Positions 30,736 to 39,602 of a DNA stretch of 64,000 nucleotides are shown piece after piece. Each line of letters starts with the position of its first letter. The first letter of the stretch is position 1. Origin of the DNA: an uncultured Ruficoccus sp. (lineage in GTDB: Bacteria > Verrucomicrobiota > Verrucomicrobiia > Opitutales > Cerasicoccaceae); assembly GCA_965140785.1 (NCBI GenBank), contig OZ223481.1, positions 448,001-512,000 on the forward strand, given 5' to 3'. Under the pieces are notes generated by a model that had not been told where the DNA came from, did no database searches, and saw nothing but the letters and a program-made list of their open reading frames with translations. The position numbers and the translations under genes were made by a program.

Positions 30736-31836
30736 CTAGGCGCTGGTGCCGGGAATCAGCTTGCCCCGCACGAGAATTTCATTGCTGGGGGGAGGCTCGT
30801 TGGCGACGAGGGCGGCCAGCATATCGAAGGTTTTGCGACCAACATCACGATGAGGAATGCGGTAGGTTGTGATGGATACATCCTGAATGGCTGAAAGGCC
30901 GTAATCGTCGCAACTGACGACTTTTAACTGCCCGGGAACATCCAATTTGGCTTCTTTGGCTGCAACGATGCAGCCGGCCGCCAGAAAATCATTCGCACAG
31001 ACCACGGCATCGACGGAAGGGTTTTTGCTAAAGTAACGACGCGCCAATGCGGAGGATTCATTCAGCGGGTTGTCAAAGTCCGGATTCATTTCCGGGTCCA
31101 TCAAAATACTGTTGTTGGGTGGCTTAAGCCCGCGCTCCTCTAGCGCCCATAAGTAGCCTCTATATTCGTCACGAACGGAAGGAATGTGCGCATAGTTGGC
31201 AAAAAAACCGATGCGCTCGGCACCCGCTTCCAGCAGATGCCGAGTCATGGTATAGCTGGCATGAAAACTATCGGCCGTCACAGTCGGCAGACCTAAGGCA
31301 GGCAAACTGACCTCAGTCAGCACGATGGGGTGCTTGGCAGTCACCAGTAATTGTGAGAAGTTGGTAACCTCCAGCGGGGTGGCGAGCAGGGGGAAGACAA
31401 CAGCCCCCTTTACGTCAAATTCGCCAAGTCGCCCGATGAATTCCGCTTCCTTTTTATAATCGCTGCCACTCGATAGCATGACCACGCGCCGGTCTGCTTT
31501 CTGGGCAGCTTCCTGGAAGCCTTTCATCGTACGCCAAACACTGTCATGCTGTGCACTCGGATAAATGAATGCAAAGGCGTCGAGTTGAACCGGATCGGCT
31601 CCTCGGGAGATAGAATTGCGAAGGACTCGTGTGCCCGCGCGTTTGCGCCTTTCGACGAGGCCTTCATGCACTAGGCGTGCCATCGCTTTTGAGACGGTAT
31701 TACGCCCACAGTTAAACTCTGACGCTAATTCGCCCTCGGTGGGCAAGCAACTCCCCGCCTTCCAGGAGCCTGAGAGTATCTTCCGCTCAAAGGCTTTGTA
31801 GGTGATTTCTACTTTCGATGAGGATTTTGATCGCAT
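30736..31836 (-). CDS. GntR-HTH / LacI-sensor hybrid regulator (AraR-like)
   Basis: LPTEGELASEFNCGRNTVSKAM..L..EGLV..GT; C-terminal periplasmic-binding-like domain. Confidence 0.9.
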   Translation of the reverse strand: MRSKSSSKVEITYKAFERKILSGSWKAGSCLPTEGELASEFNCGRNTVSKAMARLVHEGLVERRKRAGTRVLRNSISRGADPVQLDAFAFIYPSAQHDSVWRTMKGFQEAAQKADRRVVMLSSGSDYKKEAEFIGRLGEFDVKGAVVFPLLATPLEVTNFSQLLVTAKHPIVLTEVSLPALGLPTVTADSFHASYTMTRHLLEAGAERIGFFANYAHIPSVRDEYRGYLWALEERGLKPPNNSILMDPEMNPDFDNPLNESSALARRYFSKNPSVDAVVCANDFLAAGCIVAAKEAKLDVPGQLKVVSCDDYGLSAIQDVSITTYRIPHRDVGRKTFDMLAALVANEPPPSNEILVRGKLIPGTSA

Positions 31837-32063
31837 TAATGTGGTCTCTTAAATCAGATAAGGACCCAATAAGTCAAGTGATTTTAGCGCCAAGGAGTTT
31901 TTTTTGATAGAGGCCGTGCGTATAAACTGGGAAAATGAAAAAATAAGATATTACCGGGAATAAAACAGTAGTTGAGGATGGGTATGACCTGGATTCATCG
32001 ACTAAAAAACACCTCGATTTGTTAAAAAAGGACCTATTATAAATCATTTTTTTAATTGTAACG

Positions 32064-33095
32064 GGATCGGCCAAAGGGGTCAGGCCAATAATTTAAATAT
32101 TGATTAGCCCCTGTGTTTGTGCTGAGGTGTGCGTATGGCAAGGGCTGTTCGCTTTCAGTTTCCGGGTGCGATTTACCATGTGCTCAATCGTGGGAACTAC
32201 CGTAAGGATTTGTTTACGGCGGGTGAGAGCGGGGCATGGTTTGTGCGGGCGCTGCAGGAGGCCAGTGAGCAGTGTGGCTGGCGTGTCCATGCCTACGTGG
32301 TGATGAGTAACCACTATCACCTGGTGGTGGAGACGCCGGAGCCGAACCTGGTCGATGGGATGCATTGGCTGCAAACGACGTTTGCGAGCCGCTTCAATCG
32401 CTCGATGGGCGAGCGCGGGCATGTGTTTCAAGGCCGCTACAAGGCGCTGCTGGTGGCACCGGGTCCTCACTTTACGGGGGTGGTCAATTATGTGCATCTC
32501 AACCCCGTACGCGCGGGCCTATGCACGCTGGAGGATTTGAGGAGCTATGGCTTGGGCAGCTATGGCCACTTTTTTCGCAAACATCGTCCCGACTGGCTGG
32601 TGCGCGCGGAATTCCTCGGCCAACTGCACCTGCCCGACAGCCTGAAAGGGATGAACACTTACGCAAAAATGCTAGCATTGGCCGATGAGCAAGACCCCGA
32701 AAAACGGGCGTCGCTGAGTCGCGAATATTGCCGGGGCTGGCTGATCGGTGACAAGGCCTACCGCGAGCAAGTCCTGGAGCGCATGAACAAGCATGAGTTG
32801 CGGGGGAGCCACTGCGGTGACGATGTCCGCAACCTCAACGAGTTTCGTTGGGAACAGGCGCTGGCAGAACAACTCAAGCAGCACGAAAAATCGTCAGAAG
32901 ACATTACCCGCGCCCCCAAGGCCGCTGATTGGAAAATCGCAATTGCCCGGCACATGCGCACCCACACCCGCGCCACCAATCCCTGGCTCGCAAAAAAGCT
33001 CTCCATGGGCCATCCCTCACGCGTCAGCAACTTGATATACAATCGCGACATTTAAATTATTGATCTGACCCCTTCGGCTCCCTTTGGCTTGATCC
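32064..33095. mobile_element. Y1/RAYT-type transposase element bounded by inverted repeats
   Basis: AAGGGGTCAGGCCAATAATTTAAAT (32074..32098) matches the reverse complement of 33050..33074 at 23/25; outer GGATCGGCCAAAGGG / CCCTTTGGCTTGATCC. Confidence 0.75.
32135..33055 (+). CDS. HUH Y1 transposase (IS200-like / RAYT family)
   Basis: YHVLNRGN, AYVVMSNHYHL (HUH), GHVFQGRYK, YVHLNPVRAG. Confidence 0.9.
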   Translation: MARAVRFQFPGAIYHVLNRGNYRKDLFTAGESGAWFVRALQEASEQCGWRVHAYVVMSNHYHLVVETPEPNLVDGMHWLQTTFASRFNRSMGERGHVFQGRYKALLVAPGPHFTGVVNYVHLNPVRAGLCTLEDLRSYGLGSYGHFFRKHRPDWLVRAEFLGQLHLPDSLKGMNTYAKMLALADEQDPEKRASLSREYCRGWLIGDKAYREQVLERMNKHELRGSHCGDDVRNLNEFRWEQALAEQLKQHEKSSEDITRAPKAADWKIAIARHMRTHTRATNPWLAKKLSMGHPSRVSNLIYNRDI

Positions 33096-33338
33096 GGCCG
33101 TGCTACGGCAGGACCTTGAGGCTGCCGGGATCGCTTATCAGGACGAGGAGGGCCGCTATGTGGACTTCCATTCCCTGCGGCATACCTGGGGCACGTTTTT
33201 GCAGGTCAACGGCGTGACGCAGCGCGAGGCTATGGAGTTAATGCGCCATCAGGACGAGCGGCTAACGTCGAAGATTTACACCGACACGCACCACCTGCGG
33301 CTCTTTGAGAAAGTCGAGGCTTTGCCCGCCCTCGAAAA

Positions 33339-33362
33339 AGGGTCACACATAGGGTCACAGAT
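33339..33362. repeat. 12-bp tandem repeat AGGGTCACACAT/AGGGTCACAGAT, probable integrase arm-type sites
   Basis: Direct repeat about 120 bp from the att site. Confidence 0.5.
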
Positions 33363-33483
33363 TTCTGGTAACTCGGGCAAAGTCCTGACAAAACGTGGCA
33401 TAAACAGTCACGATAATTCCGTTTCGGAACCTGTTGAATCTGAGTCGGTTTGCGCCGTTCTGACCCCGCCTGACACAGGCGGG

Positions 33484-33502
33484 AAAGTGGCGTCCCCACG
33501 GG
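33484..33502. repeat. att direct repeat, a copy of the tRNA-Glu 3' end (AAAGTGGCGTCCCCACGGG)
   Basis: 19/19 identical to 45589..45607. Confidence 0.92.
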
Positions 33503-33630
33503 GAGGTGATGCTTTGAGTCTTCTGTGCTGTTGAAAATCAGCGCCTTATGTAATTGTCTCAAGCGGGCGATAGCTACGTTTTGTGACCAAATATATAACA
33601 GGGCAAATGATGGTATGAAAAGGCTAAAAA

Positions 33631-34017
33631 CTAGAAAGTCTCTGGATCGCGTTCGTGGACTTCAGGAATATTGGTGGAAAAAGTGATGGTTGAGTTGTCA
33701 TAATCAATATGAAAATCAACGACTTCATCGTAATCATACTCTGGTATCATATCCTTGCATCCCATATAGGCTTCGCCCCGAAACGAAACATTTAAGTATC
33801 CTTGCTCCGGGTTTTCAAAAGACACATCACCTGCCCAATCTACCCCGCAAAACGTTTCACGTATATTCTGACAAAAGCCTGCGAAAAGAGTTTCTTCCTC
33901 ATCGCTAGATAATTTATCAAAAAATAATTTGATCAGCGCTTCTTTGTCTGAAAGAGCATTGCCTTTAAGTACCTCTAGATCTTCTTCAAAGATGTACTCT
34001 GTTACAGATGCTTCCAT
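33631..34017 (-). CDS. Acidic hypothetical protein (128 aa)
   Basis: Clean ORF in an AT-rich region, downstream of the HNH gene. Confidence 0.65.
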   Translation of the reverse strand: MEASVTEYIFEEDLEVLKGNALSDKEALIKLFFDKLSSDEEETLFAGFCQNIRETFCGVDWAGDVSFENPEQGYLNVSFRGEAYMGCKDMIPEYDYDEVVDFHIDYDNSTITFSTNIPEVHERDPETF

Positions 34018-34091
34018 TGGTTTAGCAGAACGTTTTTTATTATTCTTTATATCGATTACTTGTATTTTGTTTTATTGTCGATTGATGGCAA

Positions 34092-34727
34092 CTAAGTTTT
34101 TTTAAACCTATCTGTGATCGCTCTAATTCTTGGCAGAAATGTGGAGTCGAACTCTTGTCGAATCATTTCATCTGCGACAAACGGAAGCCTTTTTTGTAAT
34201 TCCGAAAAGCTTATGAAGGAACGAACGTAAAATGATACCCACCTTGTTCTTTCTTCTACCAACCTACTTTTATTTAGCAAGTTGATAGTAGCGCTGTGTC
34301 GCTGAAAGTCGGTTGATGCATTTATTAGAAAAGTTCTAAAATCCAATGTAAACAACCCGTGTGGAATCTCAAAGGGGTCGTCTATGTTGACCGAATCACC
34401 TTTGTCCTGATTTACAAAAGCTCTTGCTAGACGAAAATTATCCCACTCATAAGCCTGATGTGGATTATGACTTTTTGGAATAAAGTGATCCACAGACGAA
34501 TGATCATCGCTCGCCTGAGGATTTCTTGGCATTGGAATCCACGCCGAACAGTAAGCACACACTCCAGAATACAACGTGTATAATTCATTATGAGCACGAC
34601 TCCAATATCGATGGTATTTGAACTCGTGACTCGTAGGATTAGGTGTTCTAGTTAGAAATCTCTGCCCCGGTGTCCTTACCCGCGTGTTGAAGTTAGGGGG
34701 CTCTGGTTGCCGCGTTACTGGTTTCAT
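34092..34727 (-). CDS. HNH endonuclease (PtuB-like)
   Basis: CAYC...SVDHFIPKS...YEWDNF..N..KG; ATGA overlap with the ATPase stop codon. Confidence 0.85.
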   Translation of the reverse strand: MKPVTRQPEPPNFNTRVRTPGQRFLTRTPNPTSHEFKYHRYWSRAHNELYTLYSGVCAYCSAWIPMPRNPQASDDHSSVDHFIPKSHNPHQAYEWDNFRLARAFVNQDKGDSVNIDDPFEIPHGLFTLDFRTFLINASTDFQRHSATINLLNKSRLVEERTRWVSFYVRSFISFSELQKRLPFVADEMIRQEFDSTFLPRIRAITDRFKKT

Positions 34728-36571
34728 ATCTGAACTCCATGGTCCTCTGCGAATAACAACCAAGTCATCCAGAATTCATCATCAGGAGGTAGAACTTTAA
34801 GTAATTGGTCTGTGAGTTTTTTGACCTCAATCGACGATGCTAGCTTTGGTTCTAATTGAACGGTGCGTGCACGTTTAATTAAAGTTTCAGCATATTTACT
34901 CCTAGGTTCGGCTAGTCCAAATATATCTGAGCTTAGCCAATTATCGACTTTGCCGTGCCGAATGAAATCTTTTTCTTCAAAGTTAACCGTACCGGAGGAA
35001 GTGCAATCTAGGTGAAACGTTTTATCGCTTTCAGAATCAAAAAAACTATCTACAGATGCTAGGACTAATGGAGAATGAGACGCTACTAGTATTTGAATGT
35101 CAATGTCGTCATTCAAACTATTAAAGACACGTATGATTGCAGGTAATAAAATCCTTTGCCACTTCGGGTGTAAGTGTGCTTCAATCTCATCGATTATTAA
35201 AACGATCCTCTGCTCAAATTTATTTCCAGTTTCTCGTGATAATTGTAGATGCCGACTCCAAGTCCAAACAACTAGATAGGCGAGAGTCAGTATTCTACGA
35301 ATTCCCGCTGAGGCCAGTTTTAGGGGGACCTGACCGTACCTGTGTACTATGGAAGGAGTATCTCTGTAGTCTCCAATCAGTCTAATTGGAGGGCCAGCTT
35401 CAATAATCCCCAGGTCTGGTGGGGATAGCTCTTTAAGTGCGAGCATAAGCAGTCGAAACTCGTCGCTATCAGTTGCTTGCCATGAAATCCAGTCTCTGAG
35501 TAGCCCTTCGATAGATGCTTCGTTCCCTTTGAAAACATCGTCTCTTGTAAAGTTCAGGGCTTTTTGACCTATCGCTGTCCTATGCGGGTCCCATACTGAG
35601 AAAGAACCATCCACTCGTGCATAAATGACTAGGCCGGAGAGAGTTGGTCGCTTCCTAGGGGTTTGCCATCGCCCTAATTTTGGTGCAAATTTTAATTCTA
35701 TAGCATCGCCCGGATTATCACTTGATATTTGAAATTTGATAGTTGCGTTCTGGGGGGAAACCGCGCTTGTGGGGTAGGCTTGTTCGGCTGCCCATTCCCC
35801 TGTCAAAGCCCACCATGCCATATCGAGAATGAAGGTTTTGCCCAAACCATTATCTCCTGTGATGAGGTTGAGTCTTTCCCCAAGACTCATTTGAAGATTT
35901 TTGATACAACCAGTTCCATGTGCCTCAAGATAGGATAGTATACCGCCCGATTCGGGTTCAAGATCGGGGGGCGCAGAAAAGTGATTCAGAATGGCATTCG
36001 GTTCGAGGGGCAAGCTGTCGAACTTGAGCCGGTTAGCCAATGGTTGTAGGTCGAATAACTTATTCTGCTCCTCTGCGTTTACGGCGAAATAATCGGTGAA
36101 TTTAGCGATAATATCTGAGCTGGTCGTCTGATCCGACCAAGCCTCTTTTTTGAAAATCCAACACGCCAGAGGCAGCATTGGGATTTTTTTGGAATTTAGA
36201 AGTGCCTGTTGAAGTATGTCTATATAGTTCGGAGACCATCCCCATTTACTGCTCTTTTTCTCATGTAAAAAAGCGCTCTTGAAGGTGCGGGTATTGACAC
36301 TTTGCAATCCTTTTCCGGCATAATCGGGTCGTAGCCAGTCTTGGTTCTTCTCGTTGAACCTTAGCACTCGAAAAAACCATCTTGAACGAGGGTGGATTCG
36401 ATAATGTCTGACTAAAAAGTCTTTGTTCAGGTTATCTAGACTAATATCTATCTGGGAACCGACCGGTAGTCGCACTTCTTTGCAAGAAAGATAGCTTGTG
36501 CCAAAAAAAACATTAAAGTCTTTGAGTAATCTGATGGACTCAAGCAACGAATCTGCTGATATGTATTTCAT
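34724..36571 (-). CDS. ABC/SMC-type AAA ATPase (PtuA-like) with an extra N-terminal domain of about 200 aa
   Basis: Walker A GDNGLGKT, signature-like ASAG, Walker B/D-loop LIIDEIEAHLHPKWQ, ASHSP. Confidence 0.88.
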   Translation of the reverse strand: MKYISADSLLESIRLLKDFNVFFGTSYLSCKEVRLPVGSQIDISLDNLNKDFLVRHYRIHPRSRWFFRVLRFNEKNQDWLRPDYAGKGLQSVNTRTFKSAFLHEKKSSKWGWSPNYIDILQQALLNSKKIPMLPLACWIFKKEAWSDQTTSSDIIAKFTDYFAVNAEEQNKLFDLQPLANRLKFDSLPLEPNAILNHFSAPPDLEPESGGILSYLEAHGTGCIKNLQMSLGERLNLITGDNGLGKTFILDMAWWALTGEWAAEQAYPTSAVSPQNATIKFQISSDNPGDAIELKFAPKLGRWQTPRKRPTLSGLVIYARVDGSFSVWDPHRTAIGQKALNFTRDDVFKGNEASIEGLLRDWISWQATDSDEFRLLMLALKELSPPDLGIIEAGPPIRLIGDYRDTPSIVHRYGQVPLKLASAGIRRILTLAYLVVWTWSRHLQLSRETGNKFEQRIVLIIDEIEAHLHPKWQRILLPAIIRVFNSLNDDIDIQILVASHSPLVLASVDSFFDSESDKTFHLDCTSSGTVNFEEKDFIRHGKVDNWLSSDIFGLAEPRSKYAETLIKRARTVQLEPKLASSIEVKKLTDQLLKVLPPDDEFWMTWLLFAEDHGVQI

Positions 36572-37404
36572 TGGACAGCCTCATTTAAAATATATCTACA
36601 ATAGTCTTCATTGAGTTCGATTCCAATAGCGTTTCTACCTTCGCTAAGAGATACTCGCAACGTAGTTCCGCTTCCTGCAAAGGGGTCAAGGACACTGCCG
36701 CCAACAGGGCAGCCGATTTGAATGCATCGATGGACCAATTCATCTGGAAATGCAGCCGTATCAATCTCACCTCTAACCTTTGGTCTTGGGCTGATAGTCC
36801 AAACGTCTTCATCGATGCGATTGTTCTTTAGGTGTTCCCGATTGAAATAATATCTCCTACTTTTTGCGAACATAAATACAAACTCGTATGACCTCCTTGG
36901 TCGGTCACGCACGGATTCCGGAAGGCATTTTTCTCGATGCCAAATTATTGAGCTTCGCAATACCCACTCGGATTCGCAAAGCCTCATTGCGATTCTCCAA
37001 GGTATCCCTATCAATGATTTTCTTTGTAGTCCGACTCCTAAGCCTCCGCTTCTATCGACTGCCCGTAGTCCGAACCTTCGCTTTTTACTTTTAGCATCCT
37101 TACCCTGCGACTGGCCCTTGCCAGAATAGTAGGTGTCACCTATATTGAGAAAAAATGTTCCCTCTGGCTTGAGGATTCTTTTAAGTTGTTCTCCTACCAA
37201 AAACAATGACTCGACATAATCTGCTATAGAGTTTTCAAGTCCAATCTGACCATCGACCCCATAGTCACGTAGCCAAAAATATGGGGGGGAAGTAATAATG
37301 CAATCTACTGATTCTGAAGGAATTTGCGTGAGACAGTCATGGGCATCCCCGCAATGAAGCTGCCAAGTGTTCCCTGCTATATTTAGTCCATTCCATTGAG
37401 GCAT
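36568..37404 (-). CDS. Site-specific DNA methyltransferase (N4C/N6A, beta class)
   Basis: TSPPY catalytic motif precedes VLDPFAGSGTT SAM-binding motif; GIELN. Confidence 0.92.
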   Translation of the reverse strand: MPQWNGLNIAGNTWQLHCGDAHDCLTQIPSESVDCIITSPPYFWLRDYGVDGQIGLENSIADYVESLFLVGEQLKRILKPEGTFFLNIGDTYYSGKGQSQGKDAKSKKRRFGLRAVDRSGGLGVGLQRKSLIGIPWRIAMRLCESEWVLRSSIIWHREKCLPESVRDRPRRSYEFVFMFAKSRRYYFNREHLKNNRIDEDVWTISPRPKVRGEIDTAAFPDELVHRCIQIGCPVGGSVLDPFAGSGTTLRVSLSEGRNAIGIELNEDYCRYILNEAVQ

Positions 37405-37466
37405 AAGCTTGATATACAAGTAAATAAAGACGTCGTTGTGCAATCACCAAAATAGTTGGTGTCCGT

Positions 37467-37578
37467 GTTCACAAAAACGACCGTTTCCCTGAACTCCAAC
37501 TCCACTTAGCAGACATATGAGAGAAAAAGGGATTATTGGTTCAATAAACTGGTTTTTAAAAATAGAGTTTACAAAACC
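37467..37578. promoter_or_regulatory. res site of the serine resolvase
   Basis: 28-bp site I GTTCACAAAAACG-AC-CGTTTCCCTGAAC and inverted half-sites GGTTCAATAAACT...AGTTTACAAAACC upstream of the gene. Confidence 0.65.
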
Positions 37579-37603
37579 AAAATTTCACGAGTAATGTAAA
37601 CTC

Positions 37604-38185
37604 ATGAAGTTTGGCTACGCTCGTGTTTCCACTGCGGATCAAAACCTAGACCTGCAAATTGATGCTCTCCAAAAGGAGGGCTGCGAGAAAATCTTTAAAG
37701 ACAAGATTTCAGGCGCGAAGATCGAGCGCCCGGAATTCGACAAGATGCGCCAACTCCTGCGGGAGGGGGATATTGTCGTCGTCTACAAGCTGGATCGCTT
37801 GGGCAGAAGCTTAAGGCATCTCGTGGAGATTGTCTCTGACTTTCAGGAAAATAAGGTCAGCTTCAAATCCCTGAACGATCCCATTGATACCACAACCTCT
37901 CAAGGGAAGCTGATTTTCAACATATTCGCCTCTCTGGCTGAGTTTGAGCGCGATTTGATCCGGGAGAGGACTCGGGCCGGGTTGGACTCTGCAAGGGCTA
38001 GAGGGCGCCTTGGAGGCCGTCCTAAGGGGCTTTCCGCTGAGGCAGAGCAGAAGGCGATTATCTGCGAGTCTCTATACCGTGAAGGCAAGCACACGGTAAA
38101 CAATATTGCACGTCAACTGAAGCTGTCTAAGGCGACTCTCTACAAGTATCTGAGGCATAGGGGCGTCGAGATCGCCCAATCCTAG
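37604..38185 (+). CDS. Serine recombinase (resolvase/invertase)
   Basis: GYARVST, KLDRLGRS, AEFERDLIRERT..GL..AR.RGR.GGRP, C-terminal HTH. Confidence 0.95.
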   Translation: MKFGYARVSTADQNLDLQIDALQKEGCEKIFKDKISGAKIERPEFDKMRQLLREGDIVVVYKLDRLGRSLRHLVEIVSDFQENKVSFKSLNDPIDTTTSQGKLIFNIFASLAEFERDLIRERTRAGLDSARARGRLGGRPKGLSAEAEQKAIICESLYREGKHTVNNIARQLKLSKATLYKYLRHRGVEIAQS

Positions 38186-38240
38186 CCATCATTGGCCGGT
38201 GCTGATTCCCTCCCCTGCGGAACGTGTAGTCACTCCCGCC

Positions 38241-38261
38241 CATTTTGAACCCGGTTCAAAT
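38241..38261. repeat. 21-bp palindromic repeat CATTTTGAACCCGGTTCAAAT (copy 1)
   Basis: 20/21 identical to 43398..43418; core TTTGAACC-C-GGTTCAAA. Confidence 0.8.
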
Positions 38262-38264
38262 GCT

Positions 38265-39437
38265 TCAAAACTTGAGGTTTACATCAGCCTTGAGGGCAGC
38301 CTCTACAGCTTTCCGCATCTGAAGGCGGACTATATGGGCATGTTGCTTCTTGCAGACAATAGAGTCATGCACCGTGCCAAACGGAATTTTGGCCTTAACA
38401 AGCCTTATTCCGACATTATGGATAACTAAGTTCGCTTCCGCGTTCTGAAGGTATATGGCAAACCTTGAGCGATGCCCTTGTTTCTGTGCATCTATCAAGC
38501 CTGAGAGGATTGGGAAAAGCCTTTTCATTGCCTGCCAAAGTTGGCCCGTAGAGGGGGCGCGGTTGAAGAAAATCTGCTGGTAGCAGGCCACTTTGATCTT
38601 TTTACGAATCTTCAGCCTGCCTCCTGCTTCTTTTGCAATCTGAGTGTAGAAGTCCCCTTCAATGAATTTCAAGTAACGCGCCATTTCCTCCCGATGGGCT
38701 TTACTCCGGCGATTATAGAGGGTGGCAGATAGTAGAGGCTGTGCGCTTGGTATATCGACTTCAACCACGTCCTCCCCATCGAGAGTAAGCAACTTCCGCA
38801 TATCTTTTGGCGTACTGGTCAAGGCGTGAAAACAGCGCTTCGATTGGGGAGATTTTGTAAAAAAGCTGCTCTGCCCATTGACGAAGTCGCGACACATCTC
38901 CCGGTGACTTCGCTTACGCTTCTGGTACCGTCGAATGAGGACATCTACGTCGGACTTGAACTTGAATCTCTCCAGATTTTCTCGAATAGCATCATAGGGG
39001 AAGCCGACTGCCAATTCCGGTTGAGTGGCATTGAACTGCCTTACTCGCTTGAGGCACCGAGTATCTACAATCTTCATTTTCAGCTGACGGAGATTGGCGT
39101 AGGCAGGCTTTAAGCGATAACAAATCGATTTCTCTCCGGGAATATATCGGTGATCGCATTCAATCACACCCAAATCTTCCAACATATCTCGGGCCTCTCG
39201 TGCATACCCTTGACCAAGCAGGCGCTTCAGCATCGATCCTTTGATTTGCACCCATCCGTCATCCCCCTCTCTGGAGTATGCAGCTACAAACCCAATCCAG
39301 TTTATCAGGGTAATAAACAACAAAGCTTTGTGATGCCGTTCAACGCGAAGACTGTAATACTGAGGCATTCGCTCCTTCCTGGCGATTGCCCCTAGGTCAA
39401 ACCCCTTTGGAAGTAGGTAATACTCTGGCACCTTCAT
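38265..39437 (-). CDS. Compact family-A DNA polymerase-like protein (390 aa)
   Basis: Motif A VEVDIPSAQP, motif B RKKIKVACY, LQNAEA, motif C VHDSIV; no exonuclease domain. Confidence 0.6.
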   Translation of the reverse strand: MKVPEYYLLPKGFDLGAIARKERMPQYYSLRVERHHKALLFITLINWIGFVAAYSREGDDGWVQIKGSMLKRLLGQGYAREARDMLEDLGVIECDHRYIPGEKSICYRLKPAYANLRQLKMKIVDTRCLKRVRQFNATQPELAVGFPYDAIRENLERFKFKSDVDVLIRRYQKRKRSHREMCRDFVNGQSSFFTKSPQSKRCFHALTSTPKDMRKLLTLDGEDVVEVDIPSAQPLLSATLYNRRSKAHREEMARYLKFIEGDFYTQIAKEAGGRLKIRKKIKVACYQQIFFNRAPSTGQLWQAMKRLFPILSGLIDAQKQGHRSRFAIYLQNAEANLVIHNVGIRLVKAKIPFGTVHDSIVCKKQHAHIVRLQMRKAVEAALKADVNLKF

Positions 39438-39602
39438 GAAGTTCCCTTCTTTCCGCTCATAGTTCCGTCTATGATCCCCCCTCCTATTTATGATTCCGGT
39501 TTGAACCCGAAATCATAATTTTAGGTCATTCATGGATATGGTGAACAATCGCTTGTCGCAAGCGTATAGAGCATAGGAGATGAGATGCGGATACTCCTAG
39601 AC

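Larger units (their letters stand above)
33100..33534 (+). pseudogene. C-terminal fragment of a tyrosine integrase that reads across the att site
   Basis: DFHSLRHT, MRH...LT..IYT catalytic motifs; N-terminal part absent and replaced by the Y1 element. Confidence 0.8.

Noticed and set aside
34092..37600. Retron (Ec78-like) interpretation of the ATPase + HNH pair
   Set aside because: No reverse transcriptase ORF (no YADD-type motif) and no evident msr/msd region; the upstream gene is a methyltransferase.
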